A DNA stretch of 64,000 nt from Candidatus Poribacteria bacterium (GCA_965222225.1 CBDCTK010000002.1:2016001-2080000); one strand, 5' to 3'. Shown: positions 31,202 through 40,429, numbered from the stretch's first letter. The notes: a model not told the origin generated them from the letters alone. A program made the numbers and translations.

Positions 31202-32671
31202 TTAGTACGCCACTGAAGTCAAGATCTCGTGTACAATGATTGGGTTGTCTGTCTTATCTAGCTCGGAATTGCACCAGACAGTTAGGTCGTTGCGTCCCAC
31301 GTTCATGATGCCGGAGGGTACTTCTGCCGAATAACAGCCGTTCCGGGGCTGCAGGTCTAGCAGCGTATGGTTGAGGCGCATCCAGACCTTTGCGTCAGTG
31401 CCTCCGCCGGTGGTCAGTGCATGAATCCGGAAGTGCGCGTCGGGATTATTCGCGTCGGGTCCCATCTTCAGAGGTAATCTGCGTTCATGGATGTCCAACG
31501 GAATGGGAAGCGGAGCGATCTCGGAAGCCTGACTGAACATTCCTGCAACTGCGAGCGGTTCGATGCCGTAGAGCTTGTCGTTGCCGACAAGCTCGGCAGG
31601 ATCGCCAATTTCCTTCAGTGGCGCATATACGCGCTTGTTATCCAATCCCCGCACATCTACGTGGGTGAAGAAGTTAAAAAGATAAATACCATCGACTCCT
31701 TCGTGCCACCACCAGGCGGCGGCTCCACGGATGTATTCCTGCCATGCGTAAGGCTGCGCCGCTATCTCGGGGCACCACCGGAGAGGAGGTCTGGCACAGA
31801 ACGAAGGATAGACGGACACCCCGTAACGCTCGCCCACGGCTTTCCAGCCCTCTAGATTGAATGTGAACGGCATTAACCCCATGCCGGCAACCAAGACATC
31901 CACCAGCCCCTGCGACAGCCAGGTTTCGATGTCCTGTCCAAGGAGAAGGGAGCTCTCAATGGAATCCATCACACGCACCACCAATGTGTATGGACGATTA
32001 CGTTGGCGGGCGATAGCGTTCAACTCAGAGCGTACGCTCCGCACGAAGTCTGTCATGAGCGGGGCAAGTTCGCGTTCTCTGCCCAACGGGAAGTTCCAGA
32101 TCCAGCGCGAAAAGTCCAGCTCGTAGCCGTCGAAGTCGTGGGCGGCGGCATTGCGGCGGATGAAATTAAGCCGGTGTTCTCGCACTTCGGGGCGCTCGAA
32201 GTTGAAGGCGGTACGCAACATACGCTCGACATGTTCTTCGGGTAGATTGCGGTCGTCGGACTTACCGATTAGGTATTCCGGATGTTCCGCTTTTAGGGGA
32301 TCGTTGGTTTCCTCCAGGTCAAGCTCATGGTCGTGCAGGTCGTTCATGCGAAGTGAACCCCAGATTTCCATGCGCTTGGCGTGGCAGGCGTTGATGATGA
32401 GATCGGTCGCGCGCTGTGATGTACCGAGGGCAGGCCAGATAGGGCCACGGTGTTTGGGGCCCCAGATCGGTCCCCACGGGGGATCGCAGCCGTTTCCGAC
32501 ACACCAGACGTATGTGTCGACGTGCGTGTCGAAGGTAGGCGTGGTTCTGGCGTCGATGAACGACTGCTCATCCGTGATGTTGTACCAGTGTTTGCGGCTG
32601 CGCTGGTTTGTTTGTTGATAGGCGTCGTCGTTGTAGATGAGGCGTCGTTGGCGGTCTCTATCGAATAGCAT
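31202..32671 (-). CDS. Putative TIM-barrel glycoside hydrolase (GHL10-like)
   Basis: LIYNDD, SLRMNDLH, FDGYELDFSR, DGIYLFNF. Confidence 0.55.
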   Translation of the reverse strand: MLFDRDRQRRLIYNDDAYQQTNQRSRKHWYNITDEQSFIDARTTPTFDTHVDTYVWCVGNGCDPPWGPIWGPKHRGPIWPALGTSQRATDLIINACHAKRMEIWGSLRMNDLHDHELDLEETNDPLKAEHPEYLIGKSDDRNLPEEHVERMLRTAFNFERPEVREHRLNFIRRNAAAHDFDGYELDFSRWIWNFPLGRERELAPLMTDFVRSVRSELNAIARQRNRPYTLVVRVMDSIESSLLLGQDIETWLSQGLVDVLVAGMGLMPFTFNLEGWKAVGERYGVSVYPSFCARPPLRWCPEIAAQPYAWQEYIRGAAAWWWHEGVDGIYLFNFFTHVDVRGLDNKRVYAPLKEIGDPAELVGNDKLYGIEPLAVAGMFSQASEIAPLPIPLDIHERRLPLKMGPDANNPDAHFRIHALTTGGGTDAKVWMRLNHTLLDLQPRNGCYSAEVPSGIMNVGRNDLTVWCNSELDKTDNPIIVHEILTSVAY

Positions 32672-32714
32672 GTGTACCCGATCCTTTTAAATGGTCTATT
32701 TTCTAAGAGTATAT

Positions 32715-32800
32715 GGTAAGTGTTGGGTGTCGGTCGCTAACATTGTCTGAACCGTGATTCATGGGATTTTGGGATTACCTTGATTGTCAGTGTTTGGTGG
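32715..32800. repeat. About 86-bp direct repeat, copy 2
   Basis: Matches 30717-30802 with about 7 substitutions. Confidence 0.9.
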
Positions 32801-32851
32801 CTGATTGTCTGAATCGCGGATTAGGTTCGGCTAAGCGATATCTCTCGTAGA

Positions 32852-32941
32852 GTCGGGCTAGAAAGGATTTCTATCCGGATTTTCTATCACCCTCCCTGTC
32901 CGGTCGGTTGATCGCTATTCGCTCGCTTGATCCCGACCTAC
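32852..32941 (+). repeat. REP gtcgggctagaaa..cccgacctac with micro-element 32877-32912 nested in a second split copy
   Basis: Direct reading. Confidence 0.82.
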
Positions 32942-33063
32942 CGGGGTCATGGAACTATTACGGACCTCAATGTCCCCGTGTCAGCAACAAATTTCTCCCC
33001 GACGCACTTAGACGCATTTTTGGGCTTGCACGACAGCCCCGGCTACTGAAACTGTCCACTGGG

Positions 33064-34341
33064 TTACTGATAAAACCACTCCAATGGATAGATTCGCAGT
33101 ACACGTTCACTGGTTAAGCGGGCCTCCCCGCCTTGCTGTGCCATCCAACCCCGGGAGTAGGTGACATAGACCTTGTCGGCGGCAAAGCAGATGTTAGGAT
33201 AGTAGATGTTCGCGTAATCATCGGGTAGAGTGCCGATATAGTCTTGGGCTCGCACCGGTCGAACAGGATATTCGGCAGGGATGCGCTCGACATCCTCCAA
33301 CCCGGCGCTAAGCTCGAGAGTTTTGAAGTTCTCCCAGGTTGCACCACTGTCTCGGGATATTGCGGCTGATAGCCGCCCCCGGAGATATCCTCGGCGTATC
33401 TCTGCGTGGGAGACCTGATTCCATACACAGATTAAGTCACCTGTCCGGGGGATGCGGCGCAGCCGCGGGGGTGAGTAGGAGCTTGCTAACTCGGTGGGCT
33501 TGACCGCACTCCACGTCTTGCCATCGTCCGCGCTATAACTGTGGAGTATCCTGCCAACGGTCGAGCGAGCGAAAAGTAACACGCGGAGATTGTTGGTTTC
33601 AGCCACCGAGGGCTCATCACAGGGCGTCACTCCACAATTGCCATTGACCACACCCTCGAAATCAAACCAACCCATCAGGCACCCGTATTCCTTAAAGGGA
33701 CTCCACGTCTGCCCTTGGTCGTCGGAGTAGTAAACGAAGGCAATCTCCATCTGGGGGCAGTGACCTTCTCCCTCAACAGAAGCCGGCAGCCCTCTCCAGG
33801 TTCCCCATGCCTCACATTCCGGCACGCGTGACGCGCCGCCTATCGGCAATCCCAAGCCATCGTCGGGATGGTAGCCTCCCAGTACCGTTCTTCGAGGGCA
33901 CAGCATCCTGCCGCCGGACAGCTGGATTATAGTGTCGGACAAGCCGTGTCGAGCAGTATCCAAGGGAATTTGGCGAGGCGCGTCCCATGTTTCTCCTCGG
34001 TCCTGTGATATCCATATGTGGTCGTTACTCGTGAGAGCTATAGCCCCTGAATTGAGGCAGGTCAAGCCGTTTCCACTCACGCCATCGCCGAATGAGCGCG
34101 GCTCGCTCCACGTTTTGCCTTCGTTTGCGGAGTCGCTTCCATTTTGCGCCAGCAGGCTTCCATCGGGTAGCTCCACAAGGCTGCTGACGCCGGTACCGAT
34201 AATTTCGACCACTCCTTCGGGAGGTGGCTTGCGCCAGACTGGCTTGGTTGCTGCCTGTTCAGCGGTTTTGCCGCCAACGGAATTGTATACTAGAGCGCCC
34301 AAAAAATTTGATATTTGCATGGTATGATTTTTCTTGGTCAA
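33064..34341 (-). CDS. Sialidase-family (BNR/Asp-box) protein
   Basis: Five Asp-box-like repeats (SQDRGETW, SDDQGQTW, SADDGKTW, SRDSGATW), CDEP, YYP; start uncertain (34341 or 34320). Confidence 0.75.
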   Translation of the reverse strand: MTKKNHTMQISNFLGALVYNSVGGKTAEQAATKPVWRKPPPEGVVEIIGTGVSSLVELPDGSLLAQNGSDSANEGKTWSEPRSFGDGVSGNGLTCLNSGAIALTSNDHIWISQDRGETWDAPRQIPLDTARHGLSDTIIQLSGGRMLCPRRTVLGGYHPDDGLGLPIGGASRVPECEAWGTWRGLPASVEGEGHCPQMEIAFVYYSDDQGQTWSPFKEYGCLMGWFDFEGVVNGNCGVTPCDEPSVAETNNLRVLLFARSTVGRILHSYSADDGKTWSAVKPTELASSYSPPRLRRIPRTGDLICVWNQVSHAEIRRGYLRGRLSAAISRDSGATWENFKTLELSAGLEDVERIPAEYPVRPVRAQDYIGTLPDDYANIYYPNICFAADKVYVTYSRGWMAQQGGEARLTSERVLRIYPLEWFYQ

Positions 34342-34422
34342 GTTGCTATCGGTAAACTTAGCGTCGGTGTTTCTCCTGCCGCCTTGTTTTCAATCCGGGG
34401 ATAGCGGTCATTAAAAGTTAAG

Positions 34423-35669
34423 GGACTTAGTAGTTAACTGCTTTTTGGTCGATTTGCTTGCTTTTCTCTTCTTAATGTACAATAACTTTAGACAGTGTTC
34501 GGAATCTTGATTCACACTAAAATACATCTCTATAAGAGAGAAATGGAGGCATATCATGTTGACCAAGCGTTTGTACATGCTCGCGGGAGCATTGCGGGTT
34601 ATCTGCGGGATTTTAATTTCCAACACTATGGGATTTTCAGCACACCATGATGTTGTCGTTGACAGAATATACCGATAGCCAAACAATTCATGTGGCTCAG
34701 GTGAAGCATTCATCAAAAAATCTTATGAAAATCTCATCATCTTTTCTGCGATTATATTTCCAGCAAGACTCCATGATATACAGTGGCAGCCACTTCTTGC
34801 TGTAGTGATGATGCGTTCCGTAGAATGACCTCTTGACACAAGCCCAAAACGACTCGATGGTGTTGGTGTGAGTTACGCCGTCCTCAGAAACATATCTCTC
34901 TTGGTGATGGATAACATGTCTTTCGATATCTTCGTCCAGACTATTGTAAGAGCGAAATTCATCAGTCATAAGAATAGACTCATCGGGTGAGACATTGCTA
35001 AGGATGAATTCTCTGATATTTTCACCAGATAGAACCTTCATGAATTTAGCAACCACCCGACCGCCTCTCTCGACTACGCCGATGACGGGAGATTTATTTG
35101 TGCCTCTACCTCTCTTAGATTTTGCTCTGGGTTTGCCGCCGACATAGGTTTCGTCCGCTTCAACTATCCCTTTCAGCAATTCATCACTATCACTCATTTT
35201 CTCACGGAGGCGCATTGCCATATACCAAGCGGACTTTTGATTCATGTCCAAGTCACGAGCAAGCTGACAACTCGATATGCTTTTCTTGGCATTGGAAAGA
35301 ATTGAGATAGCCAAAAACCATTTCTGGAGAGGTATCTTGGTACCATGGAAGATGGTTCCTGCTGTAGCCGAAAAGCTAGATTCACAATCGTAGCAATTCC
35401 AACCAGTAGTAATGTCGTTTTTGTTCTTGCGTCCAACTTTTTCACTGCCACAGTGGATACAGCAAACACCGTCCTTCCAACGTTTTTCCTCTATAAATCT
35501 GAGACAAGATTCTTGATTTGGAAACTCTTTCATAAGATTCAAAATGTCCATAGCAAACTCCTACGAGAAGAATAGTCACTATGGACATCTACGTGTGACG
35601 AAAAGATTTACGACAGGGTACCAAGTTTTATGTTTGTCGTCAGTCTAAAAGCTACAAGCTACTAATTCC
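34423..35669 (-). mobile_element. IS1595-family insertion sequence; ends tentative
   Basis: AT-rich block containing a transposase; imperfect inverted ends GGACTTAGTAGTT (34423) and GGAATTAGTAGCT (reverse of 35657-35669); no clear target duplication. Confidence 0.6.
34697..35551 (-). CDS. IS1595/ISXO2-like DDE transposase
   Basis: N-terminal CxxC...CxxC zinc ribbon, VEADETYVGG, MTDE, HTNTIESFW. Confidence 0.92.
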   Translation of the reverse strand: MDILNLMKEFPNQESCLRFIEEKRWKDGVCCIHCGSEKVGRKNKNDITTGWNCYDCESSFSATAGTIFHGTKIPLQKWFLAISILSNAKKSISSCQLARDLDMNQKSAWYMAMRLREKMSDSDELLKGIVEADETYVGGKPRAKSKRGRGTNKSPVIGVVERGGRVVAKFMKVLSGENIREFILSNVSPDESILMTDEFRSYNSLDEDIERHVIHHQERYVSEDGVTHTNTIESFWACVKRSFYGTHHHYSKKWLPLYIMESCWKYNRRKDDEIFIRFFDECFT

Positions 35670-35897
35670 GAATTTATAAGCAAAGCCGGCACAGACTCCT
35701 CCGATTGTCTTCCTTTCTGTAATACGCACGAACTTTGGATGGCCTGCCGCTGTTTTCGGCGAGGTATCGGCTGGGCCGCGTTTGTCTAGAAAATTGGCAA
35801 CGACCAGGAGGACAACAAGAAAAAACAGTCCGAATATGATAGGGATCCAATAAAGTGTATGAAGATTTAAGAAACTGTCCCAAATATCCATATTCAT
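35652..35897 (-). pseudogene. PspC-domain membrane protein truncated at the IS end
   Basis: ERKTIGGVCAGFAYKFGI is a PspC start and is followed at once by a stop at the IS boundary. Confidence 0.6.
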
Positions 35898-35962
35898 CGT
35901 TTCCTTCCAAGAACTCGGTGCTTTCAATCGTGTGCCGCAGCGCAGTTTGATTCGAAAGACGA

Positions 35963-38005
35963 TTACTGAGAAATCTGTTCCACGGTGAATCCGTTCCAGA
36001 CCCAGTGGTTGTGCATCCCTGCTTCCGGTACACGCTGGTTCGGTCTAAAGATAATTTGGGTAAGGCGCTCGTCAGTCACCGCAATCTCGTAGGTATGTTC
36101 AACGATTTCGTTCCCGGACGGGACAATTAGTTTCTTAATCACCTGCTTGCCGTTGGCAAGTAAGTTCACCTGATGTCCCCGATCTTCGGCCGAACAGAAT
36201 ATGTTCGTCACGCGATATGTCCCGTTTGGTAAATCGAGCTTAAACGCCGCATCGTGCCTATCCCAGACGGAATCTCGGTAGTCCGGAGAAAGTTCGTCAT
36301 TCCCCCTGTGATGACTGTGCGGTGACTGGGTTTTCCAACCGAATCTGCCCCTGTCGTAGCGGAGATCCTTGTGGACAGCGTGACAGCCTTCAGCCGTTTG
36401 TCCCTCGGGATGTTGCATGTCGAACCGAATTATCTTGTGACCATCGGCGGTTTCACTCCAGATTGACAGGTCGGGGGACTCCGCCATTTTCCGCCGGAAG
36501 AGCATGAGGTTCTTGGTCTCGTGGATGAGGTCAAAATCTCTCTTGAGATCGTCAAATTTTTCCTCGGGTGGTAGTGCCCATGCAACAGTGTAATCCTCGC
36601 GCCCACCATAGGTGTGTTGGTGCAAACGGTTGATTGGAAAATAGTCAAAATTTGCCTCGTAATTCACTAAATGGCACACATCCTCGGCGTATACTCCGTA
36701 GAGTGCCGTTGAATGGACGAACGGTGAGACATACTTTACCTCTCCAAGTGCGTCGGACTTGTGCCAGTTATTGCCGCGCACGCTGTATGTTGAGTGCGGT
36801 TCGATTAGACGTGCTCCTGACACGAGTTCTGCGATTTCCGGGCTGAGTCGGGCTATGTCATAGGTAGTGCGCCCAAGATGTAGCAGGCAGATGACAATTA
36901 CAGCTGCCGCAAATCCGTAGCGCAGCCATTTCCACATGTCGGCGACGAGCCACGGGGCAAGCATTAAAAGAATGTAGAAGTGTATCCGGTCGTTAATCCA
37001 GCCTCCCGGACCAAACCCCCACGGCGCCTTGATGAACATGATTGTGAAGACAATCGCGATGACCAAAAACACATCGCTATTTCGTATCCACTGTCTTCGG
37101 ATAATCCGATACACTAAAGAAGTGACAATTGCAAGTCCCAGAATCACGAGCAGTAAATGATGTACTCTTATGTGCCAATCGGTAAAGTAGACGATTGACT
37201 TAACGCCCCAAAAGTAGTCCTTTATCCACTCCATCCCTCTATGGTGACCGCCTTGATGGTCACTAAGGCTCTTAAGGTAGTAGTCCGCTAGGACAAAATA
37301 GACGGGAATCATGTATAGCCCGAACCGCAACAGCGGCTTCACGCCCGCCCAAAAACGCTCTGCGATACCTGCGACACCCTCCTTCCGTGCATACCAAGCG
37401 TCGGCGATAGCAGCGAATCCCCAAAGGCAACCCGCAGCTAGAGACAGACCTATTAACAGCAGACCGTAAGAAGCAATATGCGAAAGATAGGTGAGCAGCA
37501 GTAGAATGTACAGAACAATGAGATGATTCACACGGATGTCGTCTTTGTGTCGCCACCAGTATCCGAAACTGAAAAAGAACAACGAGGTGCTTAGGGCAAA
37601 GTTGTAGAATCCCATGAAGAGGAGATAGTTGTAGGTGAAAAGGAAGCCGAGCCAAGCAAAAACGAATCCGCGTTTATGGACTGCGTCAAGGAGATAGAAA
37701 AATGAGATTGGAACAAGACCAACCGCCAAGGTGAGAAGGATTTTCTCGGCAACGATGGGCGGAAAGACATAGAGGAAGGCGGCGAGCATGAGATGCGACA
37801 ACCAGTTTGGAAAGATAGTGATGTTCAACTTCCAAACATCACGCATTGTATAATTCTCGTGCTTGTGATGCTCCTTCAATGTGAGCGCGTTGTAGATGTG
37901 GCTAGGCCCATCTTGTGATGGGAAATACGTGAAAATCCAAAGCGGTAAAAGATGCAGGATGAGTAAGAGGACAAAAAGGGATTTCCAATTCATCAGTTTC
38001 AACAT
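35963..38005 (-). CDS. Multi-pass membrane protein (GT-C glycosyltransferase-like) with soluble C-terminal domain, copy A
   Basis: PSQDGPSH after TM1, GFYNF, about 12 TM segments; near-identical to the neighbouring gene. Confidence 0.6.
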   Translation of the reverse strand: MLKLMNWKSLFVLLLILHLLPLWIFTYFPSQDGPSHIYNALTLKEHHKHENYTMRDVWKLNITIFPNWLSHLMLAAFLYVFPPIVAEKILLTLAVGLVPISFFYLLDAVHKRGFVFAWLGFLFTYNYLLFMGFYNFALSTSLFFFSFGYWWRHKDDIRVNHLIVLYILLLLTYLSHIASYGLLLIGLSLAAGCLWGFAAIADAWYARKEGVAGIAERFWAGVKPLLRFGLYMIPVYFVLADYYLKSLSDHQGGHHRGMEWIKDYFWGVKSIVYFTDWHIRVHHLLLVILGLAIVTSLVYRIIRRQWIRNSDVFLVIAIVFTIMFIKAPWGFGPGGWINDRIHFYILLMLAPWLVADMWKWLRYGFAAAVIVICLLHLGRTTYDIARLSPEIAELVSGARLIEPHSTYSVRGNNWHKSDALGEVKYVSPFVHSTALYGVYAEDVCHLVNYEANFDYFPINRLHQHTYGGREDYTVAWALPPEEKFDDLKRDFDLIHETKNLMLFRRKMAESPDLSIWSETADGHKIIRFDMQHPEGQTAEGCHAVHKDLRYDRGRFGWKTQSPHSHHRGNDELSPDYRDSVWDRHDAAFKLDLPNGTYRVTNIFCSAEDRGHQVNLLANGKQVIKKLIVPSGNEIVEHTYEIAVTDERLTQIIFRPNQRVPEAGMHNHWVWNGFTVEQISQ

Positions 38006-38139
38006 GCTTTTTCCTCTGTCTCCATGCACCTTAACTTTCGGAAACTGAAAGCGAACTATTTCCCGCAAGGATAGCATCTCTTTTGCCTTTTAACTAGCAC
38101 AAGTCGTTATATAGGTTCGACTTTTGATGCAAATCGCTA

Positions 38140-40182
38140 TCACTCGGAAATCTGTTCCACCGTGAATCCGTTCCAGACCCAGTGGTTGTGCATCCCCGCT
38201 TCTGGCACACGCAGGTTCGGTCTGTAGATAATCTGTGTAAGATGCTTGTCGGTTACCTCAATTTCGTAGGAATGTTCAATGGTTTCATTCCCGGCCGGGA
38301 CAATCAGTTTCTTAATCATCCGCTTCCCGTTGGCAAGCAAGTTCACCTGATGCCCCCAATCTTCAGCCGAACAGAATATATTCGTCACGCGATATCTCCC
38401 GTTCGGAAGGTCGAGCTTAAACGCCGCATCGTGCCTATCCCAGACGGAATCTCGGCAGTCCGGTGAGAGTTCGGCATTGCCCCCGTGATGGCTCTGCGGC
38501 GACTGAGTCTTCCAGCCGAATCTGCCGCTCACGTAGCCAAGGTTCCTGTGGACAGCGTGATAGCCTTCAGCCGTCTGTCCCTCAGGTGGCTGCATGTCGA
38601 ACTGAATGACTCGGCGACCGTCGGCGGTTTCACTCCAGAGAGACGGGTCGAGGGCTTCAGCCTGCTTCCGTTGAAAAAGCTTGAGGTTCTTGGTCTCGTG
38701 GATTAAGTCGTAATCCTTCTTTAGATTCTCGAATTTCTCCCCAGGCGGATATGCCCATGCGATAACGTAGTCCTCACGCCCGCCGTAGGTATGTTGGTGA
38801 AAACGGTTGATTGGAAAATAGTTGTGTTTTGCCTCGTAATTCGCCAGATGGCACACATCGTCGGCATAAAGCCCGTAGTAGGCCATGGAATGGCCGAATG
38901 GTGCGACGTATTTGACGCTTCCAAGTGCGTCGGACTTATGCCAGTCCCGGACGCGCATTCCGTATGTCATGTGCGGTTTGATGAAATGCGCCCCGGACGC
39001 TTGTTCTGCGATTTCCGGGCTGAGTCGGGCTATGTCATAGGTAGTGCGCCCAAGATGTAGCAGGCAGATGACAATTACAGCTGCCGCAAATCCGTAGCGC
39101 AGCCATTTCCACATGTCGGCGACGAGCCACGGGGCAAGCATTAAAAGAATGTAGAAATGTATCCGGTCGTTAATCCAGCCTCCCGGACCAAACCCCCACG
39201 GCGCCTTGATGAACATGATTGTGAAGACAATCGCGATGACCAAAAACACATCGCTATTTCGTATCCACTGTCTTCGGATAATCCGATACACTAAAGAAGT
39301 GACAATTGCAAGTCCCAGAATCACGAGCAGTACATGATGTACTCTTATGTGCCAATCGGTAAAGTAGACGATTGACTTAACGCCCCAAAAGTAGTCCTTT
39401 ATCCACTCCATCCCTCTATGGTGACCGCCTTGATGGTCACTAAGGCTCTTAAGGTAGTAATCCGCTAGGACAAAATACACCGGAATCATGTATAGCCCGA
39501 ACCGCACTAGCGGTTTCAGCCCCGCCCAAAGTTGCGCTGTTATCCGCGCCACCCCCTCTCTCCGGGTACGCCAAGCGGCTGCGACAGCGGAACCTCCCCA
39601 AAGGCAACCCGCAGCTAGAGACAGACCTATTAACAGCAGACCGTAAGAAGCAATATGCGAAAGATAGGTGAGCAGCAGTAGAATGTACAGAACAATGAGA
39701 TGATTCACACGGATGTCGTCTTTGTGTCGCCACCAGTATCCGAAACTGAAAAAGAACAACGAGGTGCTTAGGGCAAAGTTGTAGAATCCCATGAAGAGGA
39801 GATAGTTGTAGGTGAAAAGGAAGCCGAGCCAAGCAAAAACGAATCCGCGTTTATGGACTGCGTCAAGGAGATAGAAAAATGAGATTGGAACAAGACCAAC
39901 CGCCAAGGTGAGAAGGATTTTCTCGGCAACGATGGGCGGAAAGACGTAGAGGAAGGCGGCAAGCATGAGATGCGACAACCAGTTTGGAAAGATAGTGATG
40001 TTCAACTTCCAAACATCACGCATTGTATAATTCTCGTGCTTGTGATGCTCCTTCAATGTGAGCGCGTTGTAGATGTGGCTAGGCCCATCTTGTGATGGGA
40101 AATACGTGAAAATCCAAAGCGGTAAAAGATGCAGGATGAGTAAGAGGACAAAAAGGGATTTCCAATTCATCAGTTTCAACAT
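38140..40182 (-). CDS. Multi-pass membrane protein (GT-C-like), copy B
   Basis: Tandem paralog of 35963-38005, offset 2177 nt. Confidence 0.6.
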   Translation of the reverse strand: MLKLMNWKSLFVLLLILHLLPLWIFTYFPSQDGPSHIYNALTLKEHHKHENYTMRDVWKLNITIFPNWLSHLMLAAFLYVFPPIVAEKILLTLAVGLVPISFFYLLDAVHKRGFVFAWLGFLFTYNYLLFMGFYNFALSTSLFFFSFGYWWRHKDDIRVNHLIVLYILLLLTYLSHIASYGLLLIGLSLAAGCLWGGSAVAAAWRTRREGVARITAQLWAGLKPLVRFGLYMIPVYFVLADYYLKSLSDHQGGHHRGMEWIKDYFWGVKSIVYFTDWHIRVHHVLLVILGLAIVTSLVYRIIRRQWIRNSDVFLVIAIVFTIMFIKAPWGFGPGGWINDRIHFYILLMLAPWLVADMWKWLRYGFAAAVIVICLLHLGRTTYDIARLSPEIAEQASGAHFIKPHMTYGMRVRDWHKSDALGSVKYVAPFGHSMAYYGLYADDVCHLANYEAKHNYFPINRFHQHTYGGREDYVIAWAYPPGEKFENLKKDYDLIHETKNLKLFQRKQAEALDPSLWSETADGRRVIQFDMQPPEGQTAEGYHAVHRNLGYVSGRFGWKTQSPQSHHGGNAELSPDCRDSVWDRHDAAFKLDLPNGRYRVTNIFCSAEDWGHQVNLLANGKRMIKKLIVPAGNETIEHSYEIEVTDKHLTQIIYRPNLRVPEAGMHNHWVWNGFTVEQISE

Positions 40183-40429
40183 GCTCAATTCCTCAGGTTC
40201 CACGCACTGTAAGTTTCAGAAACTCAAATCGAACTCCCGCGAGTGCAGCGCCTCTCCGCGCTCAGGGCATACTAAGCCCACCAACCAACGCTTGGTTAAC
40301 CAACCGGACAGGGAACATTTCTGGTTTTTTGCGTGCGCTTGGCCATTGTACTGACGGGTGGAATTACGCATATCCAATGACATGTTGTCGCTATGCCTAT
40401 CGGAAATTGGGCGCTCGGATAAGGCTGGT

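Noticed and set aside
143-33000. Integron attC cassette array
   Set aside because: No consistent RYYYAAC...GTTRRRY boxes, mixed gene orientations, and no integrase.
35963-40182. DGR template/variable repeat pair
   Set aside because: Differences involve all four bases, both copies are full ORFs, and no RT is nearby.
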